A DNA stretch of 64,000 nt from Clostridia bacterium (lineage in GTDB: Bacteria; Bacillota; Clostridia; JAAYHZ01). Below, one piece after another: positions 1-12,128 of this stretch. The notes under the pieces were generated by a model. It saw only the letters and a program-made list of their open reading frames with translations. It had not been told where the DNA came from and ran no database searches. Where the stretch lies: the NCBI GenBank assembly GCA_050950825.1, contig JBMNIH010000010.1, positions 192,001 through 256,000 on the forward strand, written 5' to 3'. How positions within the stretch are numbered: position 1 is the first letter of the stretch; each line of letters starts with the position of its first letter. The translations under genes and the position numbers were made by a program.

Positions 1-688
1 GCCCCGTGGATCGGCCGGTAACGCGGACATCCGTGTCTTTTGCGCCGATTATTTTTTTCTTGTAATTTTCATGGGCGTTACAGGATGCGGAGAGTATAAA
101 GCGGGTGCCTACCTGTACGCCGGATGCCCCTAAGCAGAAGGCCGCCGCAACGGAATTGGCGTCCCATATACCGCCGGCTGCAACGACCGGCAGGGATACG
201 GAACGTACGACATTGGGTACCAATACCATGGTTGTCATTTCTCCTATATGGCCTCCCGCCTCGCAGCCCTCGGCAATTACAAAATCGGCACCGGCTTTTT
301 CCATCATGACCGCCAATCCGCTGCTGGCTACAACGGCGGCAACCGTAATTCCGGCTTTCTTCCACATCTCGATATAGTCTCTCGGATTTCCCGCACCGGT
401 GATAACCACGGGAACTTTTTCGTTTGCCGCAAGCTCCGCCACTTCTTTTACATAAGGGCTCAAAAGCATGATGTTGACTCCGAAAGGACGGTCTGTCAAT
501 GTACGAATCTTATCGATTTGTTCTTTTACCCAAGAAGGAGGAGCGTTACCCGCTGCAATAACGCCCAAGCCTCCGGCATTGGAAACCGAAGCCGCCAAAT
601 CCGCATCGGCAATCCAAGCCATTCCCCCTTGGATCAGCGGATACTCGGTTTTCAAAAGATCTTTTAATTTGGATAACCGGTTAAGCAT
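1..688 (-). CDS. fabK: Enoyl-ACP reductase II (FabK / nitronate monooxygenase family); 3' end lies beyond window start
   Basis: Not in ORF track because no stop in window. Manual translation from ATG at 688: MLNRLSKLKDLLKTEYPLIQGGMAWIADADLAASVSNAGGLGVIAAG...EGCEAGGHIG...VVAAGGI...GVQVGTRF. Overlaps acpP stop by 8 nt. Confidence 0.9.
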   Translation of the reverse strand, partial: MLNRLSKLKDLLKTEYPLIQGGMAWIADADLAASVSNAGGLGVIAAGNAPPSWVKEQIDKIRTLTDRPFGVNIMLLSPYVKEVAELAANEKVPVVITGAGNPRDYIEMWKKAGITVAAVVASSGLAVMMEKAGADFVIAEGCEAGGHIGEMTTMVLVPNVVRSVSLPVVAAGGIWDANSVAAAFCLGASGVQVGTRFILSASCNAHENYKKKIIGAKDTDVRVTGRSTG

Positions 689-923
689 TTTTTGCTTCCT
701 CTAAGTAAGAAACCAACTGTCCTACCGTTTCGATTTCTTCGAGTTTCTCGTTATCAATTTTTATACCGGTAGCCTTTTCCAGCTCAATCAGCATTTCTAC
801 CATGTCCAAGGAATCCATGGTAAAATCGTCGTTGAAGGAGCTGCCGTCCTTAATCTCTTCCCTCGATAAATCCAATTGATCCATTAAAATTTTCGCTACG
901 ATTTCCCTCATATTTTCTTTCAT
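681..923 (-). CDS. acpP: Acyl carrier protein
   Basis: Small acidic protein with MDSLDMVE phosphopantetheine motif; ATG at 923 preceded by GGAGGT RBS. Confidence 0.95.
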   Translation of the reverse strand: MKENMREIVAKILMDQLDLSREEIKDGSSFNDDFTMDSLDMVEMLIELEKATGIKIDNEKLEEIETVGQLVSYLEEAKNA

Positions 924-953
924 GATGAATACCTCCAAATTTTTATATATTTT

Positions 954-1931
954 TTATTCAAGCGTCCAGTCGATCACGACACCGCCCCATGTCAGTCCCG
1001 AACCGAAACCGATGAGAGCGATTCTGTCGCCCGGCGCAAGCCATCTTTGGGTATAGGCATCCCATAAAGCCAGCAAAATACTGGCTGAGGACGTGTTTGC
1101 AAATTTTGAAAGATTGATGAAAAATTGATCTTGTTTGAATCCCGTGATTCTGGCCACATATTCAATGATTCTTGAATTGGCTTGATGAGGAATGATTTTG
1201 GTAAAGGGTTTGTCTTTACACTTTTCTTTAAGAAGGGTTATGGTGTCGGCCAAAACCTCCGAAGCAAAGGTAAAAACCTCACGGCCCTTCATAACCAGCT
1301 TGGTATTTTGCTCGGAAGGATACCGGTACCAAGGCGTGTCGTCGTCTTTGTTTTTAATAGTCAACACGTTTTCCTCGTCGCTTTTTCCCATTAAAACAGG
1401 ATAATGAATCGATCCCTCGGAAGACCGGCGTAAAACAATGGCTCCCGCTCCGTCTCCGAACAATACGCATGTCGACCGGTCCGCCCAATCGATATGTTTG
1501 GATATTCCTTCTCCGGCTAACACGAGAGCGTTGTCCAGCTGCAGCGTATCCATCAAGGAAGCCGCCGTAACCAAGCCGTATATAAATCCGGTACAGCCTG
1601 CGGAAACGTCAAAGGCGGGACAATCGGATATGCCTAACTCCCTTTGTACACTGCCGGCTAAGGTAGGAACGCGATCCGTAGAGGCTATGGTACTGGCAAT
1701 GACCAGTTGTATGTCGCGAACGGACAAGCCCGCTTTTTCAATGGCTTTTTTGCTTGCTTCGACACTTATGGAAACCGTCGTATCGTCCGTAAGAATATAT
1801 CTTTGTTTGATGCCGGTTCTTTGGACTATCCATTCGTCACTGGTATCAACAATTTGCTCCATCATTTTGTTCGTTACGATTAATTTCGGCAGCCCTTCGC
1901 CGATGCCGACTATTTTAACCGGTGCAATCAA
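954..1931 (-). CDS. fabH: 3-oxoacyl-ACP synthase III
   Basis: DTSDEWIVQRTGI, AFDVSAGCTGF (catalytic Cys), PHQAN, NTSSAS, GFGSGLTWG motifs; TTG start with AAGGAG RBS. Confidence 0.95.
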   Translation of the reverse strand: MIAPVKIVGIGEGLPKLIVTNKMMEQIVDTSDEWIVQRTGIKQRYILTDDTTVSISVEASKKAIEKAGLSVRDIQLVIASTIASTDRVPTLAGSVQRELGISDCPAFDVSAGCTGFIYGLVTAASLMDTLQLDNALVLAGEGISKHIDWADRSTCVLFGDGAGAIVLRRSSEGSIHYPVLMGKSDEENVLTIKNKDDDTPWYRYPSEQNTKLVMKGREVFTFASEVLADTITLLKEKCKDKPFTKIIPHQANSRIIEYVARITGFKQDQFFINLSKFANTSSASILLALWDAYTQRWLAPGDRIALIGFGSGLTWGGVVIDWTLE

Positions 1932-1962
1932 TTGTGATCTCCTTTCGCAACAGCGGTAAAAA

Positions 1963-2030
1963 ATATTACTAGGTAATAATACTATATGCTATTAGTAAGT
2001 GATACTAACACAAAACAAAAATCTTGTCAA
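1963..2030 (-). promoter_or_regulatory. sigmaA promoter of fab operon with two FapR-type operators
   Basis: Minus strand TTGACA (2030-2025), 17 nt, TAGTAT (2007-2002). Palindrome TTAGTA-AGTGA-TACTAA (1992-2008) overlaps the -10; a second site reads TTATTA-CCTAG-TAATAT (1979-1963). Both fit FapR consensus TTAGTAN5TACTAA. Confidence 0.75.
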
Positions 2031-2187
2031 GGATATTTCCCAAAAATAAGTGCAAATAAAAGGAAAAAAAGGAGATAGTAGGAGGTTAAACTGAAAATCC
2101 GAATTATCCGTTCAGCTTTGCTAATAGAAACTGCAATAAATGGTAAGAAAGGGGAAGAAAATATTCTTTAAAAATTAAAAAAATTCC

Positions 2188-2216
2188 TTGACATCGGATG
2201 ACGGTATATGTATAAT
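2188..2216 (+). promoter_or_regulatory. sigmaA promoter of ilv-leu operon
   Basis: Perfect TTGACA (2188-2193), 17 nt, TATAAT (2211-2216). Confidence 0.85.
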
Positions 2217-2231
2217 ACTCTTCAAATTTAT

Positions 2232-2511
2232 AAAGGCTAGGATGAAGACGAGTATATTCACAAGAATTTTACAGAAAGTTTGCGGTTGATGGAAGCAAAT
2301 AAATTCCGAATATACGAATCCCTTCGGAGCCGTTGTCCCGAAATCTTTCTTCATAAGAAGAGCAGGAGAGTAAGGGCAAACGGGAAGTCCCGTTACAGAC
2401 AAAGGTTTTGTTAGAGACTGGTTAATTGGTTCGAATAGCGGACAAAGAAAGGGATATAACGATTGGAAAATTATACCCCGTCTCTTCACATACGAAGAGG
2501 CGGTTTTTTTT
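2232..2511 (+). ncRNA. T-box-type leader RNA with intrinsic terminator upstream of ilv-leu operon (antiterminator motif atypical)
   Basis: Stem I: GAUGAAG/CUUCGGAG base, AGUA/GAA loop E, AGAAAG bulge, UUUGC-GGUUGAUGGAA-GCAAA apex. Stem II with AGUA, then CCGUUA (stem IIA/B). Terminator CCGTCTCTTC/GAAGAGGCGG + T8 at 2478-2511. Confidence 0.8.
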
Positions 2512-2558
2512 AAACAAAAATATAAGCTTTTGTAATGAGTTCCACAAAGGAGGTTGCC

Positions 2559-3059
2559 ATGGATAGCCATATCGTGTCGTTTCTGGTATCGAATCATCCG
2601 GGTGTGCTGTACAGGATTACCGGGTTGTTCAGAAGAAGAGGGTATAACATTGACAGTATTACGGTAGGAGTTACAACCGATCCGAAAATATCGAGGATTA
2701 CCATTGTCCTATGTGCCGACGATCGACTTTTAGGACAGATAATTAACCAACTGAAAAAGCTTATTGACGTGAAGAAAGTCAAGATATTAAAGAAAGAAGA
2801 ATCGGTTTTACGGGAAATGGCGCTGGTCAAAGTGAAACTGGAAAAGGACGAGGAGGAACGGGTAAAGCTTATTGAAACCATCGAGATTTTATCCGGACGA
2901 ATCGTGGATATCGGAGTCGAAACATGCATGGTTCAATTTTACGGAAGCTTTGAGGTGATCAACAAAGCCATCGCTTCCTTGGAACCCTTCGGTATCGTGG
3001 AAGTGGCGAGAACAGGTATGGTTGCCGTTCAAAGAGGCGACGGTACCATTGAAGACTGA
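2559..3059 (+). CDS. ilvN: Acetolactate synthase small (regulatory) subunit
   Basis: ACT domain NHPGVLYRITGLFRRRGYNIDSITVG; EVARTG at C-terminus; AAGGAGG RBS before ATG 2559. Confidence 0.95.
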   Translation: MDSHIVSFLVSNHPGVLYRITGLFRRRGYNIDSITVGVTTDPKISRITIVLCADDRLLGQIINQLKKLIDVKKVKILKKEESVLREMALVKVKLEKDEEERVKLIETIEILSGRIVDIGVETCMVQFYGSFEVINKAIASLEPFGIVEVARTGMVAVQRGDGTIED

Positions 3060-3084
3060 CAAAAGACATTTTAAAAATTTCTAA

Positions 3085-4113
<1,029 letters not shown>

Positions 4114-4123
4114 TTGACGAATA

Positions 4124-4154
4124 TCGGGAGAATTCCTTTTAAGGATTCTCCCGA
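4124..4154. terminator. Stable intergenic hairpin after ilvC (mRNA stabiliser or partial terminator)
   Basis: TCGGGAGAAT...ATTCTCCCGA stem; followed by A-run rather than U-run on + strand. Confidence 0.5.
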
Positions 4155-4269
4155 ATAAAAAATCCGTATATGTAAAGGTATATCGTTTTATGACAAAGGG
4201 TTTTACCGGCCGGACGACTCTTGAATACTAGGATAAAGATATCGAAGGTATCAATTGAAAGGATGTCAA

Positions 4270-5859
4270 ATGGATAATAGGAGAGTATATATATTTGATT
4301 CGACATTAAGAGATGGAGCACAAGCAAGAGGAATATCGTTTTCGTTATCTGACAAATTGAATATGCTTAAGCTGCTGGATTCTTTAGGGATCGACTATAT
4401 CGAAGCCGGAAACCCCGCATCGAATCCCAAAGAAAAAGCTTTTTTTGAAAAAGCAAAGGACGTGGAGCTTCGGTATGCAAAACTGACGGCTTTCGGCAGT
4501 ACACGAAGGAAAAATTCAAAAATAGAAGAGGATCCCGGAATTCAAGCGCTGCTCTCGGCGGATACCGAAACGGTAGCTATTTTCGGGAAATCATGGGACC
4601 TGCACGTTACCCATGTGCTGCAAACCACTCTTGAAGAAAACCTGAGCATGGTGAAGGATACTCTGTCTTTCTTTAAAGAAAAAGGAAAAGAAGTGATTTT
4701 CGATGCCGAGCACTTTTTTGACGGCTACAAAGCCAATCCGGACTATGCCATGAGGGTATTGGAGGCTGCGGAGCAGGGAGGAGCCGATTGCTTGGTGTTA
4801 TGCGACACCAACGGAGGAACCTTGACCCATGAAACGGAGGAAATCGTGAAGGCCGTCATAAAAAATACGAAAACCATGGTCGGCATTCATGCCCACAACG
4901 ATTCCGAAACGGCCGTATCCAATTCCATCGCGGCGGTCTTGCACGGGGCGCGCCATGTGCAGGGTACCCTGATCGGGTTCGGAGAAAGATGCGGGAATGC
5001 CCGATTAACCTCCATAATCCCCAATCTTCAATTAAAAATGGGTTATCGATGCATACCGGAGGATAAAATGATTCTTTTGTCTTCCGTTGCAAGGGAAGCC
5101 GCCGAAATATCCAACGCCGCTTTGGACGAAAAGCTGCCTTACATAGGGCAGGATGCTTTTGCCCACAAAGGAGGCATGCATATTGACGGCGTAAGAAAGG
5201 TAAAAGAATCCTTCGAGCACATTAAGCCGGAATGGGTAGGCAACAAACGAAACTTCTTAATATCCGAAGTGGCGGGAAGAAGCGCCCTGGTTTTGAAGCT
5301 GCAGCATCGATTCCCCGAGTTGGTCGAGGACAAAGAGGCTTTGCAGAAGATTACGGATAAATTAAAGGATTTGGAGCAAGAAGGATACAGCTTTGAAGGT
5401 GCCGAAAGCAGCTTCGAATTGATGGTATTGAAAGAATTGGGTCGGCACAAGCCGAGCTTTACGCTGGAACACTTTAAAGTGATTGACGAGCACAGCGGCG
5501 GGGAGAAGGAGCAATTTGCCTCCTATGCCGTGGTGAAAGTGAAGGTTGACGGAACCAACCGAATGGCGGCAGCGGAAGGAAACGGTCCGGTCAATGCATT
5601 GGATAAAGCCTTAAGAGAAGCCTTAGTGGAGTTTTATCCGGAACTGAAGAAGATCGTTTTGCAAGACTATAAGGTCCGTGTATTGGATACGAAGATGGGA
5701 ACGGAAGCGGTGGTTCGCGTTGTGATCGAAACCAAAGACGAAGAACATATGTGGACCACTTTGGGAGTATCTACGGACGTGATCGAGGCCAGCTTGATAG
5801 CTTTAATCGATTCCATCGAGTACAAATTATGGGAAGTAAAATCGAAAAAGGAGCGGTAA
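4270..5859 (+). CDS. cimA: Citramalate synthase (DRE-TIM LeuA/CimA family)
   Basis: [55 protein letters not shown]: typical of the bacterial CimA subfamily. Confidence 0.85.
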   Translation: MDNRRVYIFDSTLRDGAQARGISFSLSDKLNMLKLLDSLGIDYIEAGNPASNPKEKAFFEKAKDVELRYAKLTAFGSTRRKNSKIEEDPGIQALLSADTETVAIFGKSWDLHVTHVLQTTLEENLSMVKDTLSFFKEKGKEVIFDAEHFFDGYKANPDYAMRVLEAAEQGGADCLVLCDTNGGTLTHETEEIVKAVIKNTKTMVGIHAHNDSETAVSNSIAAVLHGARHVQGTLIGFGERCGNARLTSIIPNLQLKMGYRCIPEDKMILLSSVAREAAEISNAALDEKLPYIGQDAFAHKGGMHIDGVRKVKESFEHIKPEWVGNKRNFLISEVAGRSALVLKLQHRFPELVEDKEALQKITDKLKDLEQEGYSFEGAESSFELMVLKELGRHKPSFTLEHFKVIDEHSGGEKEQFASYAVVKVKVDGTNRMAAAEGNGPVNALDKALREALVEFYPELKKIVLQDYKVRVLDTKMGTEAVVRVVIETKDEEHMWTTLGVSTDVIEASLIALIDSIEYKLWEVKSKKER

Positions 5860-5863
5860 AAAT

Positions 5864-7126
5864 ATGGGAATGACAATGACTCAGAAAATATTGGCCAAGA
5901 AGGCGAACCTGCCTTATGTCGAAGCGGGCCAATTCGTAAAATGCCAAACAGACATGATACTGGGGAACGACATAACCGCCCCGGTTGCCATAAAAGAAAT
6001 GGAAAAAAAGAAGGTTCAAAAGGTTTTCGACAAGTCGAAAATCGCGCTGGTTCCCGACCATTTTACTCCGAATAAGGATATCAAAGCGGCGGAGAACTGC
6101 AAATGCATGAGAGAATTCGCCTATAGAATGGGCATTGAACACTATTTTGAAGTGGGGGAAATGGGAGTCGAGCATGCTCTTCTGCCGGAGAAAGGCTTGG
6201 TAACGGCAGGAGATTTGGTTATCGGAGCCGATTCTCATACCTGTACCTACGGCGCGTTAGGGGCCTTTTCCACCGGTGTGGGCAGCACGGACATTGCGGC
6301 GGCTATGGCGACGGGATATGCTTGGTTCAAGGTTCCCGGCGCGTTAAGATTTCATCTTACCGGAAAATTACGCCCCCATGTATCCGGCAAAGACGTTATC
6401 CTCCACATCATCGGAATGATCGGCGTAGACGGCGCGCTATACAAATCCATGGAATTTACGGGAGACGGTATCGGAAATCTGTCCATGGACGATCGCTTTA
6501 CCGTTGCGAATATGGCCATTGAAGCCGGCGGAAAAAACGGTATATTCCCGGTGGACGACAAAACATTGGAATATATAAAGGAGCATTCGAAAAAACCCTA
6601 TGAAATATTTGAAGCCGACGAAGACGCCGTCTATGAAAAGACATACCGGGTGGATCTATCCGAAATACCCTTGACGGTGGCGTTTCCCCATTTGCCGGAC
6701 AATACAAGGCCGGTGGAAAAGGCGGGAGACATTACCATCGACCAAGTGGTTATCGGGTCCTGCACCAACGGGAGATTGTCCGACTTGAAGGTTGCCGCCG
6801 AAATATTAAAAGGGCGCAAAGTGAAAAAAGGCGTTCGGGCGATCGTTATACCCGCCACACAGAAAATCTGGATGGAAGCCATGAAATTAGGCTATTTGGA
6901 AACCTTCATGGAGGCCGGATGCGTGGTAAGCACACCCACATGCGGACCCTGCTTAGGCGGTCACATGGGCATTTTGGCCGCCGGTGAAAGAGCCGTTACC
7001 ACTACCAACCGCAACTTCAAGGGAAGAATGGGTCATGTTACATCGGAAGTATATTTGGCAAGCCCTGCGGTAGCTGCAGCCAGTGCGGTGGCAGGAAGGA
7101 TTGTCGGTCCGGATCAATTGGATTGA
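5864..7126 (+). CDS. leuC: 3-isopropylmalate dehydratase large subunit
   Basis: [38 protein letters not shown]. Confidence 0.96.
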   Translation: MGMTMTQKILAKKANLPYVEAGQFVKCQTDMILGNDITAPVAIKEMEKKKVQKVFDKSKIALVPDHFTPNKDIKAAENCKCMREFAYRMGIEHYFEVGEMGVEHALLPEKGLVTAGDLVIGADSHTCTYGALGAFSTGVGSTDIAAAMATGYAWFKVPGALRFHLTGKLRPHVSGKDVILHIIGMIGVDGALYKSMEFTGDGIGNLSMDDRFTVANMAIEAGGKNGIFPVDDKTLEYIKEHSKKPYEIFEADEDAVYEKTYRVDLSEIPLTVAFPHLPDNTRPVEKAGDITIDQVVIGSCTNGRLSDLKVAAEILKGRKVKKGVRAIVIPATQKIWMEAMKLGYLETFMEAGCVVSTPTCGPCLGGHMGILAAGERAVTTTNRNFKGRMGHVTSEVYLASPAVAAASAVAGRIVGPDQLD

Positions 7127-7155
7127 CTTTAAAAGATGAACAGGAGGTATGTTGT

Positions 7156-7638
7156 ATGATGATACAAGGAAGAGTTTTTAAATACGGTGACCACGTGGAC
7201 ACCGACGTTATCATACCGGCAAGATATTTGAATACCACGGACCCTGCGGAGCTGGCAAAGCACTGCATGGAGGACATTGATAAAACTTTCGTTGACCGCG
7301 TAAAAGAAGGAGACATTATGGTAGCCGGCATCAATTTCGGATGCGGCTCTTCCCGAGAACATGCTCCTATTGCCATAAAGGCTTCCGGAATACGTTGCGT
7401 CATTGCCAAGTCCTTTGCACGAATCTTCTTTCGAAACGCCATTAATACCGGATTGACCATTATGGAATGCGAGGAAGCGGCGGAAGAGATAAAAGAAGGC
7501 GACGAAGTGAAGGTGGACCCGACAAAAGGTACCATTACAAATGTAACGACGGGAAAAACGTATAAAGCACAGCCCTTCCCCGATTTCTTGCAGGAAATCA
7601 TTTCGGCAGGCGGTTTGTTGAACACATTGGATATTTAG
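7156..7638 (+). CDS. leuD: 3-isopropylmalate dehydratase small subunit
   Basis: [35 protein letters not shown]; AGGAGG RBS. Confidence 0.95.
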   Translation: MMIQGRVFKYGDHVDTDVIIPARYLNTTDPAELAKHCMEDIDKTFVDRVKEGDIMVAGINFGCGSSREHAPIAIKASGIRCVIAKSFARIFFRNAINTGLTIMECEEAAEEIKEGDEVKVDPTKGTITNVTTGKTYKAQPFPDFLQEIISAGGLLNTLDI

Positions 7639-7662
7639 ATTTGAAGGAGACGGAAAAGAACT

Positions 7663-8721
7663 ATGACATACAAAATAGCCGTGATACCCGGAGACGGTAT
7701 CGGACCTGAAGTGATGGATGAAACCGTTAAGGTTTTGGATTGCGTGGCGAAAAAATTCGGTTTGGATTTTCATTACACGTATTTGAAAGCGGGAGGATGC
7801 GCTTACGACGAATACGGCGATCCTCTTCCGGACGTAACGCTGGAAACGGCGTTAAAATGCGATGCCGTAATGTTAGGCGCGGTAGGGGGACCTAAATGGG
7901 ATGAGCTTCCGGTGGACAAAAGGCCGGAAAAGGCACTTTTAGGCCTTCGTAAATCCTTAGGGTTGTTTGCCAACTTAAGGCCGGCGGTTCTTTTCCCCCA
8001 ATTGGCGGATGCCTGCCCGTTAAAAGAAGAGATCACCAAAAACGGATTGGATATTTTGGTGGTGCGGGAGCTTACCGGAGGCATCTATTTCGGGAAAAGA
8101 GCCACCGAAGGCGATGTTGCCTATGATACCATGACCTACAGCGTGAAGGAGATCGAAAGAATCACTCATGTGGCCATGAAAGCCGCCATGATGAGAAGCA
8201 AAAGGGTTTGCAGTGTAGACAAAGCCAATATTCTGGACTCTTCAAGGCTTTGGAGAAAGACCGTGAAGGAAGTGGCCAAAGAGTATCCTGAGATTCAGTT
8301 AGACCATATGTACGTAGACAATGCGTCCATGCAGCTGATTCGAAAACCTTCTCAATTTGACGTTATCGTAACGGGAAATATGTTCGGAGATATTTTATCG
8401 GACGAGGCAGCCATGCTCACGGGATCCATCGGAATGCTTCCCTCCGCCAGCTTGGGAGAAGGAAATATCGGGATGTACGAACCGGTTCACGGATCCGCTC
8501 CGGATATTGCCGGAAGGAACATTGCCAATCCCTTGGCCACGATTATGTCCGCCGCCATGATGTTAAGGTATTCCTTCGGGCTGGAGGATGCGGCGAAGGC
8601 CGTAGAAGAGGCCGTTTCCAAAACGCTGGACCAAGGATTTAGAACCGCCGACATTGCCGGCAGAGAACGCAATATAGTAAGTACCAAGGAAATGGGCGAT
8701 GCGGTGGCAAGAAATATATAG
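7663..8721 (+). CDS. leuB: 3-isopropylmalate dehydrogenase
   Basis: [41 protein letters not shown]. Confidence 0.96.
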   Translation: MTYKIAVIPGDGIGPEVMDETVKVLDCVAKKFGLDFHYTYLKAGGCAYDEYGDPLPDVTLETALKCDAVMLGAVGGPKWDELPVDKRPEKALLGLRKSLGLFANLRPAVLFPQLADACPLKEEITKNGLDILVVRELTGGIYFGKRATEGDVAYDTMTYSVKEIERITHVAMKAAMMRSKRVCSVDKANILDSSRLWRKTVKEVAKEYPEIQLDHMYVDNASMQLIRKPSQFDVIVTGNMFGDILSDEAAMLTGSIGMLPSASLGEGNIGMYEPVHGSAPDIAGRNIANPLATIMSAAMMLRYSFGLEDAAKAVEEAVSKTLDQGFRTADIAGRERNIVSTKEMGDAVARNI

Positions 8722-8732
8722 AGGTGTGAAAT

Positions 8733-10394
8733 ATGAGAAGCGATTATGTTAAAAAAGCCGTAAAATGTGCACCCCAGCGTTCTCTGTTCAAGGCCATGGG
8801 GTTCACGGATTATGAATTGACCCTTCCCTTGATCGGTATTATCCACGCGGGAAGCGAGATTGTGCCCGGACATATTCATTTGGATAAGATTGCCCGGGCG
8901 GTGGCGGAAGGCGTGCGAAGCGCCGGAGGAACACCGGTGATTATGCCGGTGATCGGTGTGTGCGACGGCATCGCCATGGGCCATGAAGGAATGAAATATT
9001 CCTTGGCTTCTAGAGAATTGATTGCCGACAGCGTGGAAACCATGCTGACCGCGCATGCTTTTGATGCCGCCGTTTTAATCCCCAACTGCGATAAAATCGT
9101 ACCCGGAATGATGATGGGTGCGGCTCGGGTGAATATCCCTTCCATTGTTGTAAGCGGCGGACCTATGCTTTCCGGGAAAAGCAGAGGAAGCAAGGATTTC
9201 AGTTTGACGGATATGTTTGAAGCGGTTGGCGCCTACAGCGTCGGAAGGATCGACGAAAACCAAGTGGCGGATTTCGAAAACAAAGCTTGCCCGGGCTGCG
9301 GCTCCTGCTCCGGTATGTTTACTGCCAACAGCATGAACTGCTTGACGGAAGCTTTGGGGATCGCATTGCCGGGAAACGGTACCGTTCCGGCCGTCTATGC
9401 CGAACGGATTCGTTTGGCCAAAATGACGGGCTTTCAGATCATGAGGTTGTTGAAAGACGATATTCGGCCGTCGGATATATTTACTCCCGAAGCCTTTGAA
9501 AACGCATTGGCGTTGGATATGGCCTTAGGCTGCTCCACCAATTCCGTTTTACACCTGCCGGCCATAGCCCATGAGGTGGGAATTCGAATCGATTTGGACA
9601 AAGTCAATGAAATCAGCGAACGAACTCCGAATCTTTGCCGCTTAAGCCCGGCGGGCAACCACTTTATGGAGGACCTGTATTTTGCGGGGGGCGTATCGGC
9701 GGTGCTGAACGAATTGATAAAGAACAATCTGATTCATGAGGACTGCATGACGGTTTCCGGCTGCACCGTTAAAGAAAGAGTCAAGGACAGCGAAATAACG
9801 GACCCGAATGTAATCAGAAGCTGCCAAAACCCCTATTCTCCGAAAGGCGGAATTGCGGTATTAAGAGGAAACATTGCTCCTTTGGGCTGTGTCGTGAAAC
9901 AGTCGGCGGTAGACGAGAAAATGATGGTTCATACCGGACCGGCTCGTGTGTTTGACGGCGAAGAAGAAGCTATTGCCGCCATATATGCCGGAAAAATCAA
10001 AAAAGGCGACGTGGTGGTCATCCGATACGAAGGACCGGCCGGCGGCCCGGGAATGAGAGAGATGTTGAATCCTACGTCGGCCATCGTGGGAATGGGCTTG
10101 GACAAAGACGTGGCGTTAATAACGGACGGACGATTCAGCGGGGCCACTAGAGGAGCGGCTATCGGCCACATATCTCCGGAAGCCTTCTCGAAAGGACCCA
10201 TTGCCGCGGTACAAGAAGGAGACCTTATCACCATCGACATTCCGAAAAAGACCCTTACATTGAACGTGGAGGATTCCGTTATAAAGAAAAGATTGGACGC
10301 CATTCCTCAACCTGAACCCAAGGTAAAAAAAGGTTGGCTGCATCGATATGCAAGAATGGTTTCTTCGGCAGACCAAGGAGCCGTATTGAAATAA
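8733..10394 (+). CDS. ilvD: Dihydroxy-acid dehydratase
   Basis: [45 protein letters not shown]. Confidence 0.96.
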   Translation: MRSDYVKKAVKCAPQRSLFKAMGFTDYELTLPLIGIIHAGSEIVPGHIHLDKIARAVAEGVRSAGGTPVIMPVIGVCDGIAMGHEGMKYSLASRELIADSVETMLTAHAFDAAVLIPNCDKIVPGMMMGAARVNIPSIVVSGGPMLSGKSRGSKDFSLTDMFEAVGAYSVGRIDENQVADFENKACPGCGSCSGMFTANSMNCLTEALGIALPGNGTVPAVYAERIRLAKMTGFQIMRLLKDDIRPSDIFTPEAFENALALDMALGCSTNSVLHLPAIAHEVGIRIDLDKVNEISERTPNLCRLSPAGNHFMEDLYFAGGVSAVLNELIKNNLIHEDCMTVSGCTVKERVKDSEITDPNVIRSCQNPYSPKGGIAVLRGNIAPLGCVVKQSAVDEKMMVHTGPARVFDGEEEAIAAIYAGKIKKGDVVVIRYEGPAGGPGMREMLNPTSAIVGMGLDKDVALITDGRFSGATRGAAIGHISPEAFSKGPIAAVQEGDLITIDIPKKTLTLNVEDSVIKKRLDAIPQPEPKVKKGWLHRYARMVSSADQGAVLK

Positions 10395-10421
10395 AGAATA
10401 TAGGAAGAGAGGATAAGGGAT

Positions 10422-12128
10422 ATGAGATTAAAAGGAGCGGAAATAGTTGTTGAGTGTTTGATAGAAAACGGAACCGACATCATTTTCGGGTATCCCGGAG
10501 GAGCGGTCATTCCGATCTATGATGCGCTTTACGATAGAAAAGATCGCATTAAACATATATTGACTTCCCATGAGCAGGGTGCCGCACATGCTGCAGACGG
10601 ATATGCGCGGGTTAAGAAAAAAACCGGTGTATGCATTGCCACAAGCGGCCCCGGGGCAACCAATTTAGTCACCGGTATTGCAACGGCTTATATGGATTCG
10701 ACGCCTATGGTGGCCATCACCGGCAATGTTTCCACCGACCTTATCGGAAAGGACAGCTTCCAGGAAGTGGACATATTAGGCATTACCATGCCTATTACCA
10801 AGCATAATTATCAAGTGACCAAGGCCGAGGATATCGCAAGAACCATTCGGGAAGCTTTCATCATCGCCGAAACCGGACGCCCGGGACCCGTATTGGTGGA
10901 TATCACCAAGGATGCCCTGATGAACGAATGCGAATTCGAAGAATCATTACCCGAAGAAAGAATAAAAGAGCTGCGAGCGGTTGTAGGCATCGATAAGTGC
11001 AATCCGAAGATCGTAAAAGAGATCACAGAATCGGTGGAATATGCGGTAAAACTGATCGAAGAATCGAAGAAGCCGGCCATCTATGCCGGAGGCGGCGTTA
11101 TTACCTCCGGCGCCAAGGAGGAGCTTTTGGAGTTTGCGGAAAAAATACAAGCCCCGGTCTCCTGCTCGCTGATGGGTATCAGCGGTTTCCCTTGTGATCA
11201 TGAGCTGTATGCCGGAATGGTGGGCATGCACGGTTCCAAAACCTCCAATATGGCGTTTACCGAGTGCGATTTGCTGGTGGTATTGGGAGCTCGCTTCAGT
11301 GACCGCGTTACGGGGAAGGCCAATTTGTTCGCACGGGGAGCGAAGGTCTTGCATATCGATATCGATTCGGCGGAGGTCAATAAAAACATATCGGCATATC
11401 ACCATGTCATTGATGATGTCAAATGCGTTTTGAAGGAATTCAACAAACGACTGACGAAACAAGACCACAAAGAGTGGTTGGATAAAATCAGTAATTGGAA
11501 AAAAGAAGACAAAGCGCTGTTAGAAGGCCGCCACATGCCCCGGGAAATCATCAGCGGATTAAGAGATCTTTTCGATGAAGACGCGGTCATCGTTACGGAT
11601 GTAGGTCAGCACCAGATGTGGACGGCACAATACTACAAGTTCAGGAAAAGGGATATCTTCGTCACATCGGGAGGCTTAGGCACCATGGGCTTCGGCTTAG
11701 GAGCCACCATAGGTTCGCAATTCGGCTCCAAAGGACAGCGGGTCATTCTGATCACCGGGGACGGAAGCTTCCGAATGAATATGAACGAGATGCTGACGGC
11801 GGCCAAGTACAACCTGCCCATTATCGTTATACTGATGGACAACAACGCCCTTGGAATGGTGCGTCAGTGGCAGGATTTGTTCTACGACCGAAGATTTTCC
11901 GAAACCACCCTGCCGGAAGTAAAATTCGATGAAATTGCGAAGGCCATCGGATTCGACACGTATCGTATAGATAAAAGCGAAGAATTCGAAGGCGTGTTCA
12001 AGCAAGCGTTAAAGAGCCAAAAGCCGGTTTTGATTCAATGCAAAATCGACCATGATACCATGGTACTTCCCATGGTTCCTCCCGGAAAGGCTATTGACAA
12101 CATATTGATGAAGAAGGCGCAGATATAA
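10422..12128 (+). CDS. ilvB: Acetolactate synthase large subunit
   Basis: FGYPGGA, HEQGAAHAADGYAR, TSGPGATN, DVGQHQMW, GDGSFRMN, LGMVRQWQ. Confidence 0.96.
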   Translation: MRLKGAEIVVECLIENGTDIIFGYPGGAVIPIYDALYDRKDRIKHILTSHEQGAAHAADGYARVKKKTGVCIATSGPGATNLVTGIATAYMDSTPMVAITGNVSTDLIGKDSFQEVDILGITMPITKHNYQVTKAEDIARTIREAFIIAETGRPGPVLVDITKDALMNECEFEESLPEERIKELRAVVGIDKCNPKIVKEITESVEYAVKLIEESKKPAIYAGGGVITSGAKEELLEFAEKIQAPVSCSLMGISGFPCDHELYAGMVGMHGSKTSNMAFTECDLLVVLGARFSDRVTGKANLFARGAKVLHIDIDSAEVNKNISAYHHVIDDVKCVLKEFNKRLTKQDHKEWLDKISNWKKEDKALLEGRHMPREIISGLRDLFDEDAVIVTDVGQHQMWTAQYYKFRKRDIFVTSGGLGTMGFGLGATIGSQFGSKGQRVILITGDGSFRMNMNEMLTAAKYNLPIIVILMDNNALGMVRQWQDLFYDRRFSETTLPEVKFDEIAKAIGFDTYRIDKSEEFEGVFKQALKSQKPVLIQCKIDHDTMVLPMVPPGKAIDNILMKKAQI

